The notes under the pieces: generated by a model
Database searches by the model: none
What the model saw: the letters and a program-made list of their open reading frames with translations, nothing else
Told to the model about the DNA's origin: nothing
Source of the DNA: an uncultured delta proteobacterium
GTDB lineage: Bacteria; Desulfobacterota; RBG-13-43-22
Assembly: GCA_963743305.1 (NCBI GenBank)
Contig: CAVUPH010000011.1
Span: 1 to 47,438, forward strand
Direction: 5' to 3'
DNA length: 47,438 nucleotides
Shown: positions 37,928 through 47,438 of the stretch, in pieces
Numbering within the stretch: the first letter of the stretch is position 1
How the letters are laid out: each line of letters begins with the position of its first letter
Program-made: the position numbers and the translations under genes

Positions 37928-40304
37928 ATGAAATGGATCGTTTTCTCCAAGAAGGTTTTTATTTCTCTGATCGCCGCCTTAATCCTGGCCCTCCCTGTTT
38001 TTTCTCCCTCAGCCAACTCCGGCGGGACCTTTTCCTTCAACCCCCAAGGCCCGATTTCTCCCCAGGGGGAATTGGCCATTGATCATGCGCGCCCCACGGC
38101 AGCCGTGGATTCCTCCGGGAACACCTATGCGGTCTGGGAGGATTACCGCGGCAGCGGAAACCCGGACATCTACTTTGCCTACAAGCCTAAGGACGGGGCC
38201 TGGCAGGGAAATGTCAAGGTCAATGACGATACCGGCATTGCCGTCCACGTTTTCCCGGCCATTGCCGTGGACAACAACGGCAACGCCTATGCGGTCTGGT
38301 CCGATCGCCGCAACGGCGACTATCACAACCCCGCAGATGACATCTACTTTGCCTACCGACCCAAAGACGGAAATTGGCAGACCAATACGAAAGTCAATCA
38401 AAACACGTCTTTGACCATGTACCCGTCTATCGCCGTCGATGCCAACGGAAACGCCTATGCCGTCTGGATAAATTGGAATAACAAGCCCGATATCTATTTT
38501 TCCTATCGGCCGGCCGGGGGAAGTTGGCAGGTCGAGGAGAAAGTCAATCAGGATTCCGGAAACGCCAACCCGTCAAATCCCCGTATCACCTCGGATCCGA
38601 GCGGGCACGTCATGGTGGTCTGGGAGGATCATCGCAACGGAAAGACGGATATTTATTCAGCTAATAAATCTATTGGGGGGAGTTGGGTAGAGCGCATCGT
38701 CAATAATGATGGCGGCGGTAATTTCAATCATTTTAGCCCGGATGTGGCCTTTATCAATAATCCGTATCCCACGTTCATTGCCGTCTGGGCTGATTTTAGG
38801 GATGGGAGTTCCATTTACTATGCCTTTGACTTTTTGGATAACTGGGGTTTGTTCCAAGGTAAAGTCATTGATCAATCCAATCTGATGCTCACAAGGGTCG
38901 CCACGGACAATGCCGGGAACGCCTCTGTGCTCTGGGAAGCTAATTGGAATATTTACAATTCCTATCGAACACCGGGTTTCTCCGGGGCCTGGCAAACCAA
39001 GACACAGGTCAATGACAACAATAACTTGGACGCGTACCACGGAAGTCCGTGTATGGCCGTGAATCCAATTGACGGAAACGCCTCTGCCCTCTGGATGGAC
39101 AATCGCAGCATCAACAACAACATTTATTCTTCCTTCCGTCCGGCCGGGGGAAACTGGGGAGAGAACCGGAAGGTCAATGATGACGTATCCGGCCAGCGTG
39201 TCCAATTCAGCCCGATCGTAGCCCTGGATCCCACCGGAAACGCCTTCGCTTTTTGGGTGGAAAAGGGCCTGAACCAGGGGGATATCTACTTTTCGCTTCG
39301 TCCACGGGGAGGGGTCTGGCAGCCGGCCGTGCGGGTCAACGATGCTTTGGGAAAGGCGGATTCGTACAATAAACCCTTCGCAGCCGCTATCGACTCCGCG
39401 GGAAACGCCTATGCCGTTTGGCAAGACTATCGGAACGGGAAATTGGATCTTTACTTCTCCTTCAGACCTCCGGGGGGGAGCTGGCAGGCCAATGAACGGG
39501 TCGGTTCGAATTTAACGGATCCCTATAACCCGGCATTGGTCGTGGACCCGGCGGGAAAAGTCTATGCGGCCTGGTCTGAGAATCTTGGAGGGAAAATGGA
39601 TGTATACTTTGCCGTTCGTCCGGCCGGCGGGCCCTGGCAGGCACCGGAGAAGGTCAACGACGTAAGTACCGTCGGGGTTAAATGCCAATATCCCTCTTTG
39701 GCTGTCGGGACGAGCGGAACGGTATACGCCCTTTGGCAGGACAACCGCAGCGGAAATGACGACATTTATTTTTCCTCCCGGTCTCCGGGGGGGAACTGGC
39801 AGACGAATAAAAAAGTCAGTGATGACCAGGGCGTAGCTGCCCAGATCCACCCCAAAATCGCCGTGGACGGCCAGGAAAATGCCTATGCCCTCTGGGATGA
39901 CTACCGCAACAAGTACGAGGACCTTTATTTTTCCTACCGCCCCGCTGGAGGAAGCTGGCAAGGCAATACGCTTGTTAACCAGTTTGCCGGCGGCAGCCAA
40001 ACAACTCCCACGTTGGCGGTGAATTCCAACGGCGAGGCCTACGCCGCTTGGGCGGACGATCGTGACGGTAATTTTTTCGATATCTATGTATCTTACCGAC
40101 CGGTCGGCGGAGACTGGTTGAAAGAAACAAAAGTAAACAGTGACCAGGGGCCATACCAGCGATGGAACCCATCCATTGCCGCCAATTCCCAGGGGACCAT
40201 CCTGGTGGCCTGGGAAAGAACCAAAGGGCAGGCCGTCGCCGCTTTTCTATGCCCTGGCCAATGAACCCAACTTTATCTATTTACCACTTCTCGTCAAGCC
40301 TTAA
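37928..40304 (+). CDS. Exported 14-repeat beta-propeller protein 2 with C-terminal IYLPLLVKP; frameshift near 40245
   Basis: Paralog of 35453. Removing one T from GCTTTTCTAT gives AFYALANEPNFIYLPLLVKP*. Confidence 0.82.
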
Positions 40305-40322
40305 CGAAAGGAAATTTCAATC

Positions 40323-40586
40323 ATGAAGCGAGTCCTCTTTGGTTTGACGTTAGGAAGTTTAATCCTTCTCTCTGTTTCGGCCCGGGCCGAGTCTCCCATC
40401 TACCGGGGGCTTTTCTGGGATGCCGCTCCCGCAGCGGCTTACAATTCGCAAAGGGGTGAATTCCTGGTGGTCTGGTACACCTTTAACCCCTTGTATCCGC
40501 CCAATGATCTCCGTTTCTTTGGCCCGGTGATGGGTCAATTGATCAAGGCTACCCTAATAAAAAAGGAGCGGCAAAATGTTTTTTAA
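40323..40586 (+). pseudogene. N-terminal fragment of an exported repeat protein
   Basis: Signal peptide followed by APAAAYNSQRGEFLVVW, then an abrupt end. Confidence 0.5.
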
Positions 40587-41346
40587 GTATATACTTTTGG
40601 AACAGAAAAAAAATGTCAGCCTTCTGACCATCGACCACCCCCCGGCCAACGCCTGGAACCTGGCGGCCATGGAGGAGTTGAAGGAGCGATTGGACTACCT
40701 GGAAAACGATCGGCAGACGCGGGTGGTGATCCTGACCGGGGCCGGTGAAAAGATCTTTTCTTCGGGGTTCGATGTCTCGGATGCGGCCAATGCCTCGAAG
40801 ACCAGTCCCCTGGGTCGGGAACTCTGGCGGCGGCTGGATCGTTTTCCCAAGCCGACGATTGCCGCCCTGAACGGCCACGCCCTCGGCGGCGGGTTGGAGC
40901 TGGCCATGACCTGTCATTTCCGGATCATGGTGGATGACCCCAAGGCCTCCGTCGGCCTGACCGAGCTCAACCTGGGGATTATCCCCGGCTGGGGCGGGAC
41001 CCAGCGCCTTCCCCGTCTGGTGGGTCGGGCCAGGGCCTTGGAGATGATTCTCTTCAGCCAACGGATCGGCCCCCGGGAGGCCCTGGAGATCGGGCTGATC
41101 AACCGGCTGGCTGAGCCCGGAAAACTGATGGAAGACGCCCTGGAATTGGCCCGGAAACTGGCGGAGCGGCCGCCTATCGCCGTGAGCTGGGTGCTTAAGG
41201 CCCTGACCGACGGGGCTTACGATGGGATCGATGCCGGGCTGCGGGCCGAGGCTGAGGGTTCCGCCGCCGTCCGGGAAACCAAAGACCGGATGGAAGGATT
41301 CCAGGCTTTTCTGGAGAAACGGAAGCCGGTTTTTACCGGGGAGTAA
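40576..41346 (+). CDS. Enoyl-CoA hydratase/isomerase (crotonase)
   Basis: [43 protein letters not shown]. Confidence 0.93.
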   Translation: MFFKYILLEQKKNVSLLTIDHPPANAWNLAAMEELKERLDYLENDRQTRVVILTGAGEKIFSSGFDVSDAANASKTSPLGRELWRRLDRFPKPTIAALNGHALGGGLELAMTCHFRIMVDDPKASVGLTELNLGIIPGWGGTQRLPRLVGRARALEMILFSQRIGPREALEIGLINRLAEPGKLMEDALELARKLAERPPIAVSWVLKALTDGAYDGIDAGLRAEAEGSAAVRETKDRMEGFQAFLEKRKPVFTGE

Positions 41347-41547
41347 TATTATTACGAAAATAAAATTGTTGCCGGTTGCTTGTTTGGAAGCCTCGGCAAA
41401 ACCCATGTGACCCCGTTAATAATTAATAAATAATAATTAATTATTGATTATTAATATCATGTAGTTAAACTGTTGTCTCGCCCCTCCTATTTTCATGCTT
41501 TGCGGGTACACGCCACGGGCATGGGGGCTTAATAAGGAGAAACCCAT

Positions 41548-42402
41548 ATGGCCATCGATTGGAAAACAGTGTCCCGGGAACCGCAGGAATTTGTGTTCAC
41601 CTATACCTGGAAGGACGTGGTTCTCTACGCCCTGGGCATCGGCGCCCAGGTGGATGAGCTTCCTTTCCTTTACGAAGATACCCCGGGAGGCCTGCAGGTC
41701 TTTCCCAGCTTCGCAACCAAGGCCGCTGGAAAGCTCCTCATCGAGTTGAGCCGGCAGGTGGAGGGCTTTCGGTTTCTGCACGGCGAGCAGGGAATTCGCC
41801 TGTATCGACCCATCCCCCCCGAAGGGAAAATCATGGCCGCCAGCCGAATAGCCGATGTCTTTGACAAAGGCAAGGCTGCGGTCATTCGTTTTCTGACCGC
41901 GGGACGGACCGAAGAGGGGGACCCACTCTTTGATGTGGAGCATATCGCCTTTCATGTGGGCGCCGGGGGCTTTGGAGGCGACCCGGGGCCTAAAGCCGTT
42001 TCATTGAACCCTCCCGAGGGCGTCGCGCCCGATTTCAGCGTTGCCTACTCCATTCCCGAGAACCAGGCCGCCCTCTACCGCCTCAGCGGGGACCTGAACC
42101 CCCTGCACCTGGACCCCGAGTTCGCCCGGCGCGGCGGCTTCGACCGGCCCATCCTGCACGGCCTCTGCACCTACGGCTACGCCACCCGGGCCATTCTCCA
42201 CGGCCTCTGCCGCGGGCAGGTAACGCGCTTTAAAGAATTCAAGGCCCGCTTCTCCGGCGCGGTCTATCCGGGCGAGACCCTCACCACCGAGGGTTGGCGG
42301 GAATCCGAAGGTCGTTATCTCATCCGGGCCCGCACCGACCGGGCGGTCGTGCTGAGCAATGCCTTCGCGGCAATCAAACCCGAAATAGAGGAAGAAGGAT
42401 GA
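41548..42402 (+). CDS. MaoC double hot-dog dehydratase (enoyl-CoA hydratase 2-like)
   Basis: LYALGIG, LHGEQ, YRLSGDLNPLHLDP, ILHGLCT. Confidence 0.92.
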   Translation: MAIDWKTVSREPQEFVFTYTWKDVVLYALGIGAQVDELPFLYEDTPGGLQVFPSFATKAAGKLLIELSRQVEGFRFLHGEQGIRLYRPIPPEGKIMAASRIADVFDKGKAAVIRFLTAGRTEEGDPLFDVEHIAFHVGAGGFGGDPGPKAVSLNPPEGVAPDFSVAYSIPENQAALYRLSGDLNPLHLDPEFARRGGFDRPILHGLCTYGYATRAILHGLCRGQVTRFKEFKARFSGAVYPGETLTTEGWRESEGRYLIRARTDRAVVLSNAFAAIKPEIEEEG

Positions 42403-42791
42403 CCAGTCAAAAATCCACTCTCAAGGGGTTACCCGGTGTTACCAAAGACCGGCTCGCTGAAGTCGACCTTGCCTTTCTTCAAATGCGGCGGCGATTCCTT
42501 AAGTTTTCGAAGGTCGGCGGGGTTTCGAGCCTTGTCTTTTTGTCGGCCCTCTTCTTCTGGCTGCTCTTCAAGTCACCGAACCTGGTTAACCCCTTTCATG
42601 TTCAGCGCCAGATTGCGGCTAATGTCCTGGCGCCGTCGGCCCTCCAAGTTATGGCCGTGCTGACGCCACTCATGGTGGCGGTGGCGTTTTTTCTGACCGC
42701 CTCAATCATCTTGTTCGGGTTTTCGGCCTTTGCCAACGAACGCCGGTATCTGAAGATCATCGATTCCCTGTTGGCCAAGAACCAGCCGTAG
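42399..42791 (+). CDS. Two-TM hypothetical membrane protein
   Basis: ATGA overlap with the MaoC gene; two hydrophobic segments. Confidence 0.6.
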   Translation: MTSQKSTLKGLPGVTKDRLAEVDLAFLQMRRRFLKFSKVGGVSSLVFLSALFFWLLFKSPNLVNPFHVQRQIAANVLAPSALQVMAVLTPLMVAVAFFLTASIILFGFSAFANERRYLKIIDSLLAKNQP

Positions 42792-43018
42792 AGGGACAAC
42801 TGCCCTCAGATCGCCTTGCGGGAATCGATTGATTTCTATTTTTATAGGGGATGACCATTTGATCCCGCAATCGGAACTTTGTTTGCAGAAACGGCACATT
42901 TGGCTAAAGGTTGCAGCCATGCCGGGGCGATGAGGTTGGGAGGTATTTTAGGAAGCGTTGGAGAAGGCTGAGAAAAAACGAAACCCAAAACATGAAATAG
43001 TACAAAAGGAGGCGCACG

Positions 43019-43814
43019 ATGCGTAGCAGGAAACTGTTGGCAGGAATCGTAGTGAGCGTTTTCATGGGCGTGCTGTCTTTCGGCGGCTGCTGTGTTGGCC
43101 GGGGAGCCTGGAGCCCAGCGCGGGACCGACCGCACCCGGTTCACAGATGTACACCCTGGATGATATCTATTACCACATCGCTCTCGGACCGGAGGCCACC
43201 AGCCATAAGATGATTTCGTTCACCGAGCCGAGCAGCGGGCCGACGGCCGGCACAAAGCACACATTAGATGAGATATATGAAATGGTGGGGTTGCGGGCCC
43301 CGGTTGCCAAGCCGGGCAGACTTTGATTACCTATGCAGGCGATGACGGCTCCCTTCAAAAAGGTGTGGCCTGGCCCAATCCTCGGTTTACGGTTAGCAGT
43401 GATGGGACGGTAACCGATAACCTGACCGGGCTGGTCTGGCTGCGGAAAGTCGACTGTTTTGCGGAAAAAACCCGGTGGGCGGCATTGGATGCGGTTAATG
43501 GCCTTAAAAGCGGTCAATGCGGCCTCGACGACAGCTCGGTGGCCGGCAACTGGCGCCTGCCTAATGCCAGGGAACTTCAGAGTCTGGTTGATTTTGCCTA
43601 TACCCTCCCGGCATTATCGAATGCTGACGGGACCGGAAAGTATAACGGCGATACGTTTACCGGCGGGGCGATGGCGGTTGCCTATTGGTCGTCTACTACG
43701 TATGCGGGCGATGCGACCATGGCCTGGTTAATGATCTTTGGGACAGGCGCGTTGACTCTCGACCTAAAGGGGAACCCGCACGGTGTCTTGGCGGTTCGAG
43801 CGCCTGGCGCGTGA
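43019..43814 (+). CDS. Exported DUF1566 (Lcl C-terminal) protein, frameshifted
   Basis: Signal peptide; GDDGSLQKGVAWPNPRF..GTVTDNLTGLVW..WRLPNARELQSL..YWSSTT. Confidence 0.78.
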
Positions 43815-43896
43815 ACTTCCACAGCGGCAACGTGATTTCCGACAAGAGGGCGAGCACGAACAATGATGGCTGGTTTAAGATGGACAGTACGCCTAT

Positions 43897-44154
43897 TTGA
43901 TTAGGGGAGGATTTACCCTGAGCTACACAACGTCGAACCCGATAGGACGAGGAACAGTGTTTGCGGCCGTTATCCTGGGCATGTTGGGTACGTACCAGTT
44001 AGGGTCGGCCGCCGGCATGGACCCTGCGGCCAAATGGGCCTGGAGTACGAACGCGGGCTGGATCAGCCTCAAAGACGGCAGTGGAGCCACGGCCTACGGG
44101 GTGGTCACCGATTTTCGCCAAATCTATCTGCCCCTGCTCCTGAAGCCGTCGTGA
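43897..44154 (+). CDS. Small exported protein ending QIYLPLLLKPS
   Basis: Signal peptide, one KWAWSTNAGWISL unit, terminal motif; start codon uncertain. Confidence 0.6.
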   Translation: MIRGGFTLSYTTSNPIGRGTVFAAVILGMLGTYQLGSAAGMDPAAKWAWSTNAGWISLKDGSGATAYGVVTDFRQIYLPLLLKPS

Positions 44155-44340
44155 GGACTTCCGATTAACCCTGATTAAAAGGAGAATAAAGAGCTGTCAA
44201 TCCTAAGCCAACTCCGACTATTCCAGGAACGAAACCATCCAGGCATTGTTTTGCGGCCAATATTTATTGACATCTAGGCACGGCTCGCCCGTACTTTCAG
44301 GCACCGGAAATAGGTTTTTATTAAGCTGGAGGAGGGACGC

Positions 44341-44589
44341 ATGGACTTCAAGAAAATGGTTGAAAAAGTGAAGGATGCCGCCGAAGGCCTGAAGGAAAAG
44401 GCCGAGGCCAAGATGAAAGAGGCGCGCGGCTCGCTGGATAAAAACCAAGACAACATTCCCGACGCGGTCTATCCGGGCGAGACCCTCGTCCCCGAGGGCT
44501 GGCGGGATTCCGAAGGGCATTATATTATCCACGCCCGAACCGATCGGGTGGTCGTGCTGAACAATGCCCAGGCCGTGGTTAGCCACTAA
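44341..44589 (+). CDS. Chimeric small ORF: Lys/Glu-rich N-terminus + duplicated MaoC C-terminus
   Basis: 44463-44568 is a diverged copy of 42258-42363 (AVYPGETL..EGWR..RTDR.VVL.NA). Confidence 0.6.
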   Translation: MDFKKMVEKVKDAAEGLKEKAEAKMKEARGSLDKNQDNIPDAVYPGETLVPEGWRDSEGHYIIHARTDRVVVLNNAQAVVSH

Positions 44590-44821
44590 ATTAATCTGAA
44601 GCTTTTTTAAGTTTGGGCACACCGGGTCAGATTTTAAGTGAACATCGATAGCCTCCCGACCGTTCCCTGTTAGTTAAATCCCTTGATTTTTCCTGACAAC
44701 CCTGATCTAATTTTCCGCGAAAAAGTAACCATTTTACTTGCCTTATCTTAAGTCGAGAACCAAGCAAGAGGGGCAGGAACGCATCGCCCCTATTTCGTTA
44801 AGAGAGAGGGAAAAGCGAACC

Positions 44822-47348
44822 GTGAACGAAAGACCGGGGTCCGGTGGCTGATCGTGGTGCTGACCCTGGCGGTCTCAGGCATTTTGCTGCTGGTTTCCCT
44901 GGCGGAAAGCGGCCGGGATGGCGGCCTCGGGGAAAGACCGGTTTCAAAGGAATTCCTCAACACCCTCTCCGAGCAAGAGCGGGCCTGTTTCGGCGTGCCC
45001 ATTCCGTCATTCGTGTGGTCCTCAGGATCCGGGCTGGCCGCCGGTTGAATTCATCAATGAGCGGGGTGAGCCTGTCGGCATGGCCGGCGACTATCTGAAG
45101 CTCGTCGAGCAGCGGCTCGGCGTGAAGTTTGAGCGGGTGCGCAAGCCTGAACTGGCAGGAGGCTTACGCCCGGTTGAAGCGCCGGGAGATCGACATGACC
45201 ACGTCTGTGGCTGTGACTCCCGAACGCAGGCAAATTTGGGCCTTTACCAAACCCTACATGAAGATTCCCATTGTGATTGTTACCGTCCGGATGTCACGTA
45301 TATTGCCGATATGCGCGAGCTGGCGGGTAAAAAGGTGGCGGTCGTCGATGGCTACGCCGTCAACGACTGGATACCGAGAGACTTTCCCGAGATCCGGCTG
45401 GTCCGTTTCAAGACGACCCAGGACTGCTTGAAAGCGCTGCAGCGAGAGAAGTTCTTGCCTATATTGATAACTTACTGGTCATCGGTTATTACCTGGCCCG
45501 GATAAATTGACGAAGATTAAAATTGCCGGGGAGACCCCGTATGTAAACGCGCAGTCCATGGCGGTTCGTAAGGACTGGACGCCGCTTGCTGGGATTTTTC
45601 AAAAGGCGCTCGATTCGATTTCCGAAACCGAACGAAATGAGATTTACCGCAGATGGTTGCCCATCCGCTACGAACATGGGTTTAACTACGCCCTGCTCTG
45701 GCAGGCGTTGGCCGCTTTCTCTGTGATCCTCCTGGCGCTGGTCGTTTGGAATCGGGGGTGGTCTAGGGAAATAAGGTCTCGTAAGCAAGCGGAGGAAAAA
45801 CTGAGGCAGAGCGAGAAAAGGTATCGCGAGCTGTATGATTTTTTGCCCATCCCAGTCTATGAAATGGATTTTGAAGCTAATATTACTTCCGCTAACCGCG
45901 CCATTTATGAAATGTTTGGAGCTTCAGCCGAGGATTTCAAGAGGGGTTTTAAAGCCTGGCGGTTGCTTTCACCTGAAGAGATTGAAAGATCCAGCCAGAA
46001 CCTTCAACGGCTGTTAAAGGGGGAGCAAGTAAAGGATACGGAATATACTTTAATGCGGTTAGATGGGTCTGTCTTTCCGGCCCGGTCATCTCACGTGTCA
46101 TTTACAGTGACGGCCATCGGGTGGGGCTCAGAGGAGCTATTATCGATATTAGCGAGCGCCAGCGGGCCGAGGAGGAAAAGCGAAGCCTGGAAGAACGTCT
46201 GCAAAGGGCAGAAAAGATGGAAGCTTTGGGATTGCTCGCCGGCGGGGTGGCTCATGATTTGAACAATGTTTTGGGCATAGTGGTCGGTTATGCGGAGCTG
46301 CTCCTAAATGACCTGGATGAATCCAGCCCGATGAGAGACAACCTGCTCGCCATTATGGATGGAGGCCAGAGGGCGGCGGCCATCGTGCAGGATCTGCTGA
46401 CCCTCACCCGCAGAGGCGTCGCGGGCCGAAAAGTCTTTAATCTCAACCGGCTCATCCTTGATTTTAAAAAATCACCGGAGTGGGAGAAACTACTTTCCTA
46501 TCATCCCGCGGTGCAAATCAAGACCGATCTGGAGCCCGATCTGTTGAACCTCTCCGGATCTTCCGTCCATCTGGAGAAAACGTTGTTCAATCTGGTTTCC
46601 AATGCCTGCGAGGCCATGCCGAAGGGCGGCGCCCTGACCATTAAAACCAGCAATCAGTATCTGGACCAAACGATTCAGGGATATGACCATATCCGTGAGG
46701 GGGATTATGTGGTTCTTTCCGTAGCCGATACGGGGGAAGGAATCTCGGCTACCGACCTGAAACGCATCTTTGAACCATTTTACACGAAGAAGATTATGGG
46801 CCGAAGCGGGACAGGGTTAGGCTTGGCGGTGGTCTGGGGAACCGTGAAGGATCATAAGGGATACATTGATGTTCAGAGCGAAGAAGGAAAGGGAACCCTT
46901 TCACCCTTTATTTCCGGTGACGCGGGAGGAAATCACCGCGGAAGCATTTTCAGTATTCGTGTCTGAATACCTGGGCCAGGGAGAATCCATTCTGGTAGTG
47001 GATGATGTCCAGGGCCAGCGGGATCTGGCGGCCGCCATGCTGAAGAAGCTGAATTACCACGTGGCGAGTGTTTCCAGCGGCGAGGAGGCCGTCGAGTATT
47101 TAAGGGAGCACCCAGTGGATTTACTGGTTCTGGACATGATTATGGATCCCGGTATGGACGGACTGGACACCTACAAGCGTGTTTTGGAAATCCATCCCCG
47201 ACAGAAGGCGATCATCGTCAGCGGCTTTTCGGAGTCGGACCGGGTGACGGCCGCCCAGGCCTTGGGCGCGGGCGCCTATGTGAGAAAGCCTTATGTCATC
47301 GAGAAGCTGGGACTGGCCGTGAGAAAAGAACTGGACCGGGCCCCCTGA
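44822..47348 (+). pseudogene. Hybrid sensor kinase (periplasmic binding domain-PAS-HisKA-HATPase-REC), many frameshifts
   Basis: WPPVEF..GMAGDYL, PAS, LAGGVAHDLNN, GRSGTGLGL, ILVVDD..LDMIMDPGMDG across several frames. Confidence 0.85.
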
Positions 47349-47438
47349 ACGGGGAAGGTCGGTGGGTCCCTCCTAAAAAGGGTATTTGACGGATTTTGAA
47401 AAGTATGCCAGATTAGCAAGAGTAATGACGGGCCTACT

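Noticed and set aside
35453-40304. Diversity-generating retroelement target/template pair
   Set aside because: Differences between paralogs are not adenine-specific and there is no reverse transcriptase in the window.
41415-41460. AT-rich palindrome AATAATTAATTATT upstream of the MaoC gene
   Set aside because: Could be an operator, but low complexity makes a chance palindrome likely.

Overview
Accessory, heavily rearranged 47-kb region, probably from a diderm anaerobe (Desulfobacterota-like gene content, LolA present; this taxonomy is an inference). Contents in order: a PaaY/CaiE-like gamma-carbonic anhydrase; a run of gene fragments; an exported-enzyme cluster (M23 peptidase, expansin, three metallophosphoesterases); a repetitive array in which four copies of an NTF2-like lipoprotein gene alternate with different toxin-antitoxin modules; lolA; IS200, IS630 and IS66 elements or scars; orphan antitoxins; an Rrf2 cassette; a FIST/histidine kinase module; an EamA transporter behind a ~195-nt structured leader; two tandem 14-repeat beta-propeller proteins; fatty-acid oxidation genes; and a frameshifted hybrid kinase. 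The main finding is that seven predicted exported proteins from six unrelated families share a short terminal motif, [IV]-[YFW]-L-P-[LIM]-[VL]-x-[KRS]. It sits at the extreme C-terminus in five and just after the signal peptide in two, suggesting a protein sorting or surface-docking tag. Many single-base frameshifts may be sequencing errors. Family names are from motif recognition, not database searches.
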